Source of the DNA: Nitrospina sp.
GTDB taxonomy: Bacteria; Nitrospinota; Nitrospinia; Nitrospinales; VA-1
Assembly: GCA_018673915.1 (NCBI GenBank)
Contig: JABHBK010000057.1
Location: 51 to 64,050 of the forward strand
Reading direction: 5' to 3'
DNA: 64,000 nt
A program made the translations under genes and the position numbers. Shown here piece after piece: positions 1-7,825 of the stretch. Positions within the stretch are counted from its first letter, which is position 1; every line of letters starts with the position of its first letter. Under the pieces are notes generated by a model. That model did no database searches, was not told the origin of the DNA, and saw only the letters and a program-made list of their open reading frames with translations.

Positions 1-7
1 GGCTGAA

Positions 8-934
8 ATGATTAAATCCAAATTTGTTAATAGTTTAGAGTTGATCGGTGGCACCCCTTTAGTTAAACTGAACAGCGTTATCCCTTCAAATCGCGCCAAT
101 ATTTTTGCTAAGCTGGAGTTCTTCAATCCAGGGGGTAGCGTCAAAGATCGTATCGCGCTGGCCATGATCGAAGATGCGGAAAAAAAAGGCCTGATCCAGC
201 CCGGTTCAACGATCATTGAACCTACAAGTGGGAATACGGGCATAGGCCTTGCTCTTGTTGGTGCCGTCAAGGGTTATGAAGTCATACTGGTCATGTCTGA
301 AAACATGAGTGCCGAACGAAGATTGATTCTGGAAAGTTTCGGCGCAAAAACAGAATTGAGCCGCGCCGAATTTGGGATGGAAGGCACTATCCAAAGGGCA
401 GAGGAAATGCTGGCTCAAAACCCGGGTTATTTCATGCCCCAGCAGTTCAACAATCCTGCTAATCCGGAAGTGCATAGACAAACAACCGGACCAGAAATCG
501 TTGCCGCCATGGAAGATAATTCGGTGGATGGTTTTGTGGCAGGAATTGGAACCGGGGGAACTATCACAGGGGTTGGAGAAGTCTTAAAGAAACATTATAG
601 CCAGGTTAAAGTGGTCGGTGTCGAACCAGCAACTTCGGCAGTATTATCGGGAAAACCTCCTGGCCCCCACAAAATTCAGGGAATTGGAGCGGGTTTTAAA
701 CCTAATGTGCTGAACTTTGATCTGCTGGATCAAATTTTGCCAGTGTCTGATGAAGATGCCTTCAAATTCGCCCAGAGAATGGGGAAAGAAGAAGGCCTTC
801 TGGTTGGAATTTCTTCCGGAGCCGCATGTTTTGCTGCAAATGAGCTGGCTAAAGAATTGGGCCCCGGAAAAAATGTTGTTGCAGTTTTACCAGATACTGG
901 GGAACGCTATTTCAGTTTTAATAAATATTTCTAA
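8..934 (+). CDS. cysK: cysteine synthase A (O-acetylserine sulfhydrylase), PLP-dependent
   Basis: 308-aa ORF. PLP-lysine motif GGSVKDR, TSGNTGIGLA loop and GIGTGGT glycine loop of fold-type II PLP enzymes. Confidence 0.9.
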   Translation: MIKSKFVNSLELIGGTPLVKLNSVIPSNRANIFAKLEFFNPGGSVKDRIALAMIEDAEKKGLIQPGSTIIEPTSGNTGIGLALVGAVKGYEVILVMSENMSAERRLILESFGAKTELSRAEFGMEGTIQRAEEMLAQNPGYFMPQQFNNPANPEVHRQTTGPEIVAAMEDNSVDGFVAGIGTGGTITGVGEVLKKHYSQVKVVGVEPATSAVLSGKPPGPHKIQGIGAGFKPNVLNFDLLDQILPVSDEDAFKFAQRMGKEEGLLVGISSGAACFAANELAKELGPGKNVVAVLPDTGERYFSFNKYF

Positions 935-1015
935 AACAAACAGGATTCGGAAGTATCGATAACGGCAAATTCAATCATTTTTCGTTTTCCTGTAAAAAAC
1001 TAAGGGAATGTTGGA

Positions 1016-2254
1016 ATGGGTCATGTAATAGGGTTAATCTGCAAGGAATGTAAAAGAGAGTTCCCCAAGGAAGCAATTCATGTTTGTGAATTCTGTTTTG
1101 GGCCTCTGGAAGTCAATTACGATTACGAAGCAATTAAAAAAGTTGTAACCCGGAAATCTATTGAGTCCGGCCCACCCACAATGTGGCGCTACGAGGATCT
1201 TTTGCCTCTTGATGAACCGCCTAAAGTGGGACTTCATACAGGTTTTACTCCTTTAGTCAGAGCAAAAAACCTGGGCAAAGCCCTGGGGCTAAAAAATCTT
1301 TATCTGAAAAATGATTCTGTCAACCATCCCACTTTTTCTTTTAAAGATCGAGTTGTGTCGGTAGCAATTTCCAAAGCTATCGAGTTTGGGTTTGACACTG
1401 TTTCATGCGCCTCAACAGGTAATCTGGCAAACTCGGTTGCAGCACACGCAGCAGAAGCTGGACTAAAGAGTTGTATTTTTATTCCTGATGGACTTGAAGC
1501 GGGAAAAATTCTCGGAACCCTGGTTTACGGCTCGCAATTAGTTTCTGTAAAAGGCAGTTACGATGATGTGAACCGACTTTGCAGTGAAATCGGTGCCAAC
1601 CATAATTGGGCCTTCGTAAATATTAATATCCGCCCTTATTATGGCGATGGATCCAAATCTTATGGTTATGAAATTGCCGAACAACTGGGTTGGAAAACAC
1701 CGGACAATGTCGTGGTCCCCGTAGCAGGCAGTTCTTTGATCACAAAAATATGGAAGGCCTTTCACGAGTTTGAAATGCTAGGGCTGGTCGATAAGGTGCA
1801 AACCAAAATTTTTGCGGCTCAAGCCACCGGTTGCTCCCCTGTCACCACAGCTATAAAAAATGGCAGTGAAAACATCATTCCAGTAAAACCAAATACTATT
1901 GCCAAATCTATTGCCATTGGAAACCCAGCAGATGGTTACTACGGCATTAAGACAGCAAATATAAGTGGGGGTTATGGGGAAGATGTATCGGATGAAGAGG
2001 TGGTTGCCTCTATGAGATTACTGGCCGAGACAGAAGGGATATTTACGGAAACGGCAGGAGGTGTTACCGTGGGCGTCACTCAAAAACTGATCCAGCAGGG
2101 CAGGATCAAACCGGATGAGGTAACGGTGATTTGCATCACTGGAAACGGATTAAAAACCCAGGAAGCCCTTACCGATAGTTTTGCCGACCCAATAGTGATT
2201 GAACCTAAAATAGATAGTTTTGAAGAAATTTTTGCAAATGGCTTAGCAGTATAG
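1016..2254 (+). CDS. thrC: threonine synthase family PLP enzyme with N-terminal zinc ribbon
   Basis: 412-aa ORF. HPTFSFKDR PLP-lysine motif and ASTGNLANS loop. N-terminal CKEC-x11-CEFC zinc-ribbon-like motif. The true substrate is uncertain (see findings). Confidence 0.75.
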   Translation: MGHVIGLICKECKREFPKEAIHVCEFCFGPLEVNYDYEAIKKVVTRKSIESGPPTMWRYEDLLPLDEPPKVGLHTGFTPLVRAKNLGKALGLKNLYLKNDSVNHPTFSFKDRVVSVAISKAIEFGFDTVSCASTGNLANSVAAHAAEAGLKSCIFIPDGLEAGKILGTLVYGSQLVSVKGSYDDVNRLCSEIGANHNWAFVNINIRPYYGDGSKSYGYEIAEQLGWKTPDNVVVPVAGSSLITKIWKAFHEFEMLGLVDKVQTKIFAAQATGCSPVTTAIKNGSENIIPVKPNTIAKSIAIGNPADGYYGIKTANISGGYGEDVSDEEVVASMRLLAETEGIFTETAGGVTVGVTQKLIQQGRIKPDEVTVICITGNGLKTQEALTDSFADPIVIEPKIDSFEEIFANGLAV

Positions 2255-2314
2255 TGCTAAATGAGCCTCGTTAAAATATTGAAGTTTTCGCAAACGGTTT
2301 AAAAGGAGTAAAGC

Positions 2315-2593
2315 ATGGCCGTAAAAGTAAGAGTACCAACCCCATTAATGAAGTTAACCGATAACAAAAGTGAAGTGACCGCAGAAGGTGCCACCATTAA
2401 TGATATTCTCAATAATCTGGAAAACCAGTTTGCCGGGATTAAAGAGCGTATCTGTGATGAAAAAGGGGCCCCCCGTCGGTTCATTAATATATATTTGAAT
2501 GAAGAAGACATCCGGTTTCTTGAGGGCGAAAATACCCCTGTTAAAGATGGCGATGAAATTTCTATCATACCGGCAATTGCTGGCGGAGCCTGA
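2315..2593 (+). CDS. MoaD/ThiS/CysO-type beta-grasp sulfur carrier protein
   Basis: 92-aa ORF of MoaD/ThiS size and pattern. C-terminus is ...IIPAIAGGA (di-glycine plus one Ala). It lies 2 nt upstream of the E1-like gene. Confidence 0.75.
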   Translation: MAVKVRVPTPLMKLTDNKSEVTAEGATINDILNNLENQFAGIKERICDEKGAPRRFINIYLNEEDIRFLEGENTPVKDGDEISIIPAIAGGA

Positions 2594-2595
2594 GG

Positions 2596-3402
2596 ATGAT
2601 AGATTTCACCGATGAGCAAATAGAGCGCTATAGCCGGCACATTATCCTTCCTGAAGTGGGAGGAGAGGGACAAAGCCGTCTTTTAGAGTCAAAAGTTCTT
2701 TTAGTGGGTGCAGGGGGGTTGGGCTCTCCCGCTGCATTTTATCTTGCCGCCGCTGGTGTCGGCAATATGGGAATCATCGACTTTGACACAGTAGACCTCA
2801 GCAACCTTCAAAGACAGATCATTCATAATACAGAGCGTATTGGCATGCTCAAAACCGAGTCCGCCAAGAAAACTATTTCGGCTCTCAACCCGGATGTTAA
2901 CGTTACAGTTTTTAATGAAAAGTTAACATCTGAAAATATTTTACGCCTGTTCGAGGGTTACGATTATGTTCTTGATGGCACCGATAATTTTGCTACCCGC
3001 TATCTCATCAATGACGCTTGCGTGATGACTGGAAAAACCAATATCCATGGAAGTATTTTCCGTTTTGAAGGACAGGTAACTATTTTCAAGCCTGATGAAG
3101 GCCCCTGCTACCGTTGCCTCTACCCTGAACCTCCTCCACCTGGCATGGTTCCAAATTGTCAGGAAGGCGGCGTTTTAGGTGTGCTAGCAGGTGTGATTGG
3201 AAACCTGCAAGTTGTCGAAACTTTAAAGCTGATCTTAGGCAAAGGGGAAACGCTGGTAGGCTCCCTGCTTATTTATGACGCTTTGAAAACAGAGTTCAGG
3301 AAGCTGAAATTAAAAAAGGATCCTAAGTGTCCTGTTTGTGGTGACCAACCCACAATTACCGAGTTGATTGACTACGAAGAGTTCTGTGGATTGTCTCGCT
3401 AA
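2596..3402 (+). CDS. moeB: MoeB/ThiF-type adenylyltransferase (E1-like) for the sulfur carrier
   Basis: 268 aa. RYSRHI start region, GAGGLGSP nucleotide loop, and CYRC plus CPVC zinc-binding pairs. No C-terminal rhodanese domain. Confidence 0.85.
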   Translation: MIDFTDEQIERYSRHIILPEVGGEGQSRLLESKVLLVGAGGLGSPAAFYLAAAGVGNMGIIDFDTVDLSNLQRQIIHNTERIGMLKTESAKKTISALNPDVNVTVFNEKLTSENILRLFEGYDYVLDGTDNFATRYLINDACVMTGKTNIHGSIFRFEGQVTIFKPDEGPCYRCLYPEPPPPGMVPNCQEGGVLGVLAGVIGNLQVVETLKLILGKGETLVGSLLIYDALKTEFRKLKLKKDPKCPVCGDQPTITELIDYEEFCGLSR

Positions 3403-3478
3403 TGAGGGAATATTAAAAATCCGGATTAATGTTTTTTTTTCGCACCGAATCCGGTTTTAAAGATATCTAATAGCTGAA

Positions 3479-4486
3479 ATGACAAAACCGATGAATTTTC
3501 CCATTCCATTTGAGGTGCAAGCACCGACTTGCCCCGTCATTACAGATCAATCTGTATTGAAAGCGATTGGCAACACCCCGCTTATCCGTATCCATAATTT
3601 GGGGAAAGAATTCAAAGATGTAGACATTTATGCTAAAGCTGAGTGGAAAAATGCCGGCGGGTCCGTAAAATCACGCCCTGCCCTGAAAATGATCGAAGAT
3701 GGTGAAAGATCTGGGAAACTCACCAAGGATAAAATTATTCTCGATTCTACCTCCGGAAATACCGGCATCTCCTACGCACTGATTGGCAAGGTCAAAGGGT
3801 ATAAAGTCAAGTTGGTCATGCCATCAAATGTCTGTAAGGAACGAAAAGGATTGATGGCAGATTTTTATGGTGCCGAAATTGTAACATCCAGTCCTTTTGA
3901 AGGTTCTGATGGTGCCATTATTCTGGCAAAAAAAATCTATGAGGAAGACCCCGATACATACTTTATGCCGGACCAATACAACAATGACTCCAACTGGCAG
4001 GCCCATCAGGAAACCACGGCCCCCGAAATATGGAATCAGACCAATCATCGAGTCACTCATTTCCTGGCGGGTATCGGAACCGGAGGTACCATTATGGGAA
4101 CCAGCCGGGGATTGCGCCAACTAAATCCTGACGTCAAATGCTACGCGGTGGAACCTGCAGAATCCCTGCACGGCCTGGAAGGCCTCAAGCATATGGAAAC
4201 ATCTATTGTTCCCGGAATTTATAAAGAAGAAGAACTCGACGGGAAATTGAGCGTCCCTACCGATGAGGCCTATGACATGGTCGAAACACTAGAAAAGCAG
4301 GAGGGAATTCTTGTTGGCCATTCCTCCGCCGCCGCCATGGTTGGGGCCTTGAAACTAGCCTCACAGATTGAAAGAGGCGTTATCGTAACCGTATTCCCAG
4401 ATAGTTGCGAAAGATGTTACGTCAATTTCGGCGAGTTCAAACAGTATTACAAAACCCACTCTACCAAGCTTCCCAAATCTGACTGA
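3479..4486 (+). CDS. cysM: cysteine synthase B-like PLP enzyme (CysM family)
   Basis: 335 aa. GGSVKSRPA PLP-lysine motif, STSGNTG and GIGTGGT loops. Carries N- and C-terminal extensions relative to the CysK in this window. Confidence 0.8.
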   Translation: MTKPMNFPIPFEVQAPTCPVITDQSVLKAIGNTPLIRIHNLGKEFKDVDIYAKAEWKNAGGSVKSRPALKMIEDGERSGKLTKDKIILDSTSGNTGISYALIGKVKGYKVKLVMPSNVCKERKGLMADFYGAEIVTSSPFEGSDGAIILAKKIYEEDPDTYFMPDQYNNDSNWQAHQETTAPEIWNQTNHRVTHFLAGIGTGGTIMGTSRGLRQLNPDVKCYAVEPAESLHGLEGLKHMETSIVPGIYKEEELDGKLSVPTDEAYDMVETLEKQEGILVGHSSAAAMVGALKLASQIERGVIVTVFPDSCERCYVNFGEFKQYYKTHSTKLPKSD

Positions 4487-4524
4487 CCTGTTTTATTACA
4501 ATCAAAATTTTCTCTTAATCAATC

Positions 4525-4851
4525 ATGCCCCGTTTTCAAAAACATATTTTTATCTGCATCAATGAAAGAAAAACCGATGATGCCAGGGGTTGTTGTTCCT
4601 CACGAGGCTCCGTAGAGCTTTTAGATTATATGAAAGCCCGGGTACATGAATTGGGTCTGAAAGGAAAGGTGCGGGTTAACAAAGCCGGGTGCCTGGACGC
4701 CTGCGCCCAAGGGCCAACCATGGTCATCTATCCCGATGACATATGGTATTCCCCCAGGACCCAAGAAGATATTGAAGAAATTCTCACCGAACACATCCAG
4801 AGCAACTGCCCGGTTGACCGACTGATCATTCCCTTTAAATCAAAAAACTGA
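4525..4851 (+). CDS. thioredoxin-like [2Fe-2S] ferredoxin
   Basis: 108 aa. HIFICINERK...GCCSSRGS...AGCLDACAQGPTMVIYPDDIWY pattern of the (2Fe-2S) ferredoxin / thioredoxin-like family. Confidence 0.7.
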   Translation: MPRFQKHIFICINERKTDDARGCCSSRGSVELLDYMKARVHELGLKGKVRVNKAGCLDACAQGPTMVIYPDDIWYSPRTQEDIEEILTEHIQSNCPVDRLIIPFKSKN

Positions 4852-4878
4852 AATTCAATTACATCAGGCAGTTAGCTT

Positions 4879-5259
4879 TCAGGAGCCTTCTCTCTTCATA
4901 GGTGCATGAGCATTGAGAATCCCAGAGCCCAGAATTGCATTGTTCCCATGGGCATTTTTTCTGGCTGCGTAAAAATGGTTTGTAGCTTCGCCATGTCGGT
5001 CTAGCTTATCCAAGCATATCGCTACATTGTAATGCGCCTCACCGACAGAAGAATCTATGCTTGATGCCATTTCAAAATGCTTTAAAGCAACATCATAATG
5101 CCCTTGATTGTAGTGGGAAATACCCTCTTCGTTATGCTTATGGGCACTGGCGTTGGACCCTTCACGCATGGGAAATTTTAAGGCCGGGTCATCGGCAAAA
5201 ACGGGTGCAGATAAAAAGACAAAAAGAAACGCGACCAAAACATAAATTAATTTTCTCAT
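4879..5259 (-). CDS. small exported TPR-like protein
   Basis: 126 aa. N-terminal signal peptide (LVAFLFVFLSAPVFA) and TPR-like helices (HYNQGHYDVALKHFEMA..., AHYNVAICL). Confidence 0.5.
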   Translation of the reverse strand: MRKLIYVLVAFLFVFLSAPVFADDPALKFPMREGSNASAHKHNEEGISHYNQGHYDVALKHFEMASSIDSSVGEAHYNVAICLDKLDRHGEATNHFYAARKNAHGNNAILGSGILNAHAPMKREGS

Positions 5260-5435
5260 TCGCTCTCACCTAATCATTGGATTGTGAAATTTAGCTTCCT
5301 TAATAATGAATAGCAGTCGCCCAAAGTGTAATTTCCTTACAATTTATTTTTTTAAGAAGGGGCAGATATCGGGAGAATGATTACGGGGCCTGTAATAAAG
5401 AAAAAACACAAATAAATACTTTAAATTCCATATAC

Positions 5436-6029
5436 TTACCGGATCAACCCATCAATGGTGCTGTGGATACTGCCAAAAACCTCTTTCATGGTCTTGCCGG
5501 ATTTAAGAATCCTGTCAAATTCCCCCTGATAATCCACCGCCGCCTGGCTGATCGCTTCCATTTCAACTTTCAGGCGGACAAGGGCAGTATTCATATCGCA
5601 CATACGGTTCACCAGAACGGTGATGAAATTGTCCTTCAGTTTTTCGCGAGTTTCAGGCTTGAGCTTCTCAAACATTTTTTGATCCAACTTCAAAACCTTG
5701 GCTCTGGCCTTAGCATAAATGTTGGTTGTGCGGGGGGTTTGCGTCAAAAAAGATACTTCACCAAATAACGCCCCTAGGGTCAGGGTATTAATGGTAACTT
5801 TGGGCAAATCATTCCGGGTCACAATCGCCTCGCCTTTAAGGAGTATGAACACTGCCATATCCGTCTGGCCTTCTTCAACAATAGCCGTTTTATCTGAATA
5901 TTCTATAACCTGATTACTCAGCCCAGCAAACTCCTGCTTTTCAGTTGGACTGAAGGATTCAAAAAACGGGATATTATTGATCAGCCGCAAAGTCTCTTGA
6001 GAAGTCTTGTTAGAAATTTTTGTGCCCAT
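5436..6029 (-). CDS. cyclic-nucleotide-binding domain protein (no DNA-binding domain)
   Basis: 197 aa. CAP_ED motif FGEVSFL...PRTTNIYA. Its ATG overlaps the stop of the upstream ABC gene (TAATG). Confidence 0.7.
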   Translation of the reverse strand: MGTKISNKTSQETLRLINNIPFFESFSPTEKQEFAGLSNQVIEYSDKTAIVEEGQTDMAVFILLKGEAIVTRNDLPKVTINTLTLGALFGEVSFLTQTPRTTNIYAKARAKVLKLDQKMFEKLKPETREKLKDNFITVLVNRMCDMNTALVRLKVEMEAISQAAVDYQGEFDRILKSGKTMKEVFGSIHSTIDGLIR

Positions 6030-7825
6030 TATTCTTCCGTATTATTTAAATCTAGTTTTTGAGCTTGTAAATGTGACTGGCAAAGCTTATAAAAAACGCC
6101 TTTTTGTTGCAACAGCTCCTTTCTTTTTCCAAACTCCAGAATTTTACCATGTTTTAGTACCAGAATTTTGTCGGCGTGCAAAAGAGTGGCTAATCGATGC
6201 GCAATAATAATGCTGGTTCTACCACGGGTCAATTCCCGGATTCCTTTTTGGATCTCATTCTCGGTTTCAGGGTCAACACTGGAAGTCGCTTCATCTAAAA
6301 CCAGTATCTGTGGATAAATCGCTAAAGCACGAGCAAAGGACAATAATTGACGTTGGCCGGAGGAAAGCCCAACACCTCCTTCCTGTAGTTCTTGCTCATA
6401 TTTGAATGGGAGGCTACTGATAAAATTATGTGAACTGACGGCTTGCGAAATGGATTCAATTTCGTCCTGACCCATCTGCTGGTTTCCCAATCGGATATTA
6501 TCCAAAATATTTCCTGAGAATAAAAAAACATCCTGTTGAACCAACGCTATCTGACGGCGTAAATCATATTTATTAATATCTCTGATGGATTTTCCGTCAA
6601 ACTTGATATCCCCTTTTTGAATATCATAAAAACGGCAAAGGACATTAACGAGGGTAGATTTTCCCGAACCCGTTGCACCAACAATGGCAAGGCTCTCCCC
6701 TTGCGCTAAGGAAAAGCTTATATCTTTCAATATATAGTTTTCATCTTTATACGCGAACCAGACGTTTTTGAACTCAATTTCTCCCTGTACCTTGTAGTCA
6801 CTGAGTGGAGGAACCAGGTCCGGGATTTGTTCTGGCGTATCCAACAGTTCAAAAATTCTCTCGGAGGATGCCATAGCTGTTTGAATAATATTGAATTTTT
6901 CCGCAAGATCTCGTACCGGCTCAAAAAATTTCTGCAAGTACTGGATAAATGCCACCAGGATTCCCAACTGGATTTCGTCTTGAACAAACCGCCCTCCTCC
7001 GTACCAGATGACCATACCCACAGCCAGAGAGTTAAAAAAATCTATGGAAGGCATATACCAGGCATTGTAATAAACCGTTCTCAAATCTTCTTTAAGCTTA
7101 TCTCGGTTAATGCCTTCAAACTTATCGTGATGTGTCTTTTCCAAATTGAAACTTTGTACCGTATTAATACCCGATAAATTTTCTTCCAGATAGGAGTTTA
7201 GTTCCGAAACATACGCTCGGTTTTTTCTGAGTGCATCACGCGCCCGGACCCTATAGAAGCGGGTAGCAAATGCGAGCAATGGAAAAACCAGACAAACCAC
7301 CAGAGTCAGCCGCCAGTCCAGATAAAACATGACCACAAAAATCCCCACCAAAGTAAAGAGATCGCTGAATATAAGGATGAGTCCTGAAGTCAACATCTCA
7401 TTGAGCACCTCAACATCGTTCACCACTCGGGTGATCATTTTCCCGATCGGGTTCTTGTCAAAATATGAAAACGACATTTTATGGAGATGGGCGAATACTT
7501 TTGAGCGGAGGTCAAACATGACTTTTTGCCCGATGAATTGCATCAGATAGTTCTGAAAAAACTGGAAAATGAATGAGGCAATTAATACGGCCAGATACAA
7601 ACTTGCGATAACATCAAGACCATTGTAGTCAGAAGCTTTAATATAGTCGTCAATAACGATCTTGGTAAAATAAGGGCCCGCTAAATTGAGCAGGGAAACT
7701 CCTAGCAGAAGAAATATAGCAAGTGCCACCCACTGGCTATAGGGCTTAAGATAGACCAGCACCCGCTTGAATAAAACCCAATCAAGATAACGGTTTTTTA
7801 GGTTTTCCATGAAGGGTCTGCTCAT
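6029..7825 (-). CDS. ABC exporter, fused permease/ATPase (heterodimer partner B)
   Basis: 598 aa. N-terminal multi-TM exporter domain. Walker A GATGSGKST, signature LSSGQRQ, Walker B ILVLDEATS. Confidence 0.9.
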   Translation of the reverse strand: MSRPFMENLKNRYLDWVLFKRVLVYLKPYSQWVALAIFLLLGVSLLNLAGPYFTKIVIDDYIKASDYNGLDVIASLYLAVLIASFIFQFFQNYLMQFIGQKVMFDLRSKVFAHLHKMSFSYFDKNPIGKMITRVVNDVEVLNEMLTSGLILIFSDLFTLVGIFVVMFYLDWRLTLVVCLVFPLLAFATRFYRVRARDALRKNRAYVSELNSYLEENLSGINTVQSFNLEKTHHDKFEGINRDKLKEDLRTVYYNAWYMPSIDFFNSLAVGMVIWYGGGRFVQDEIQLGILVAFIQYLQKFFEPVRDLAEKFNIIQTAMASSERIFELLDTPEQIPDLVPPLSDYKVQGEIEFKNVWFAYKDENYILKDISFSLAQGESLAIVGATGSGKSTLVNVLCRFYDIQKGDIKFDGKSIRDINKYDLRRQIALVQQDVFLFSGNILDNIRLGNQQMGQDEIESISQAVSSHNFISSLPFKYEQELQEGGVGLSSGQRQLLSFARALAIYPQILVLDEATSSVDPETENEIQKGIRELTRGRTSIIIAHRLATLLHADKILVLKHGKILEFGKRKELLQQKGVFYKLCQSHLQAQKLDLNNTEE

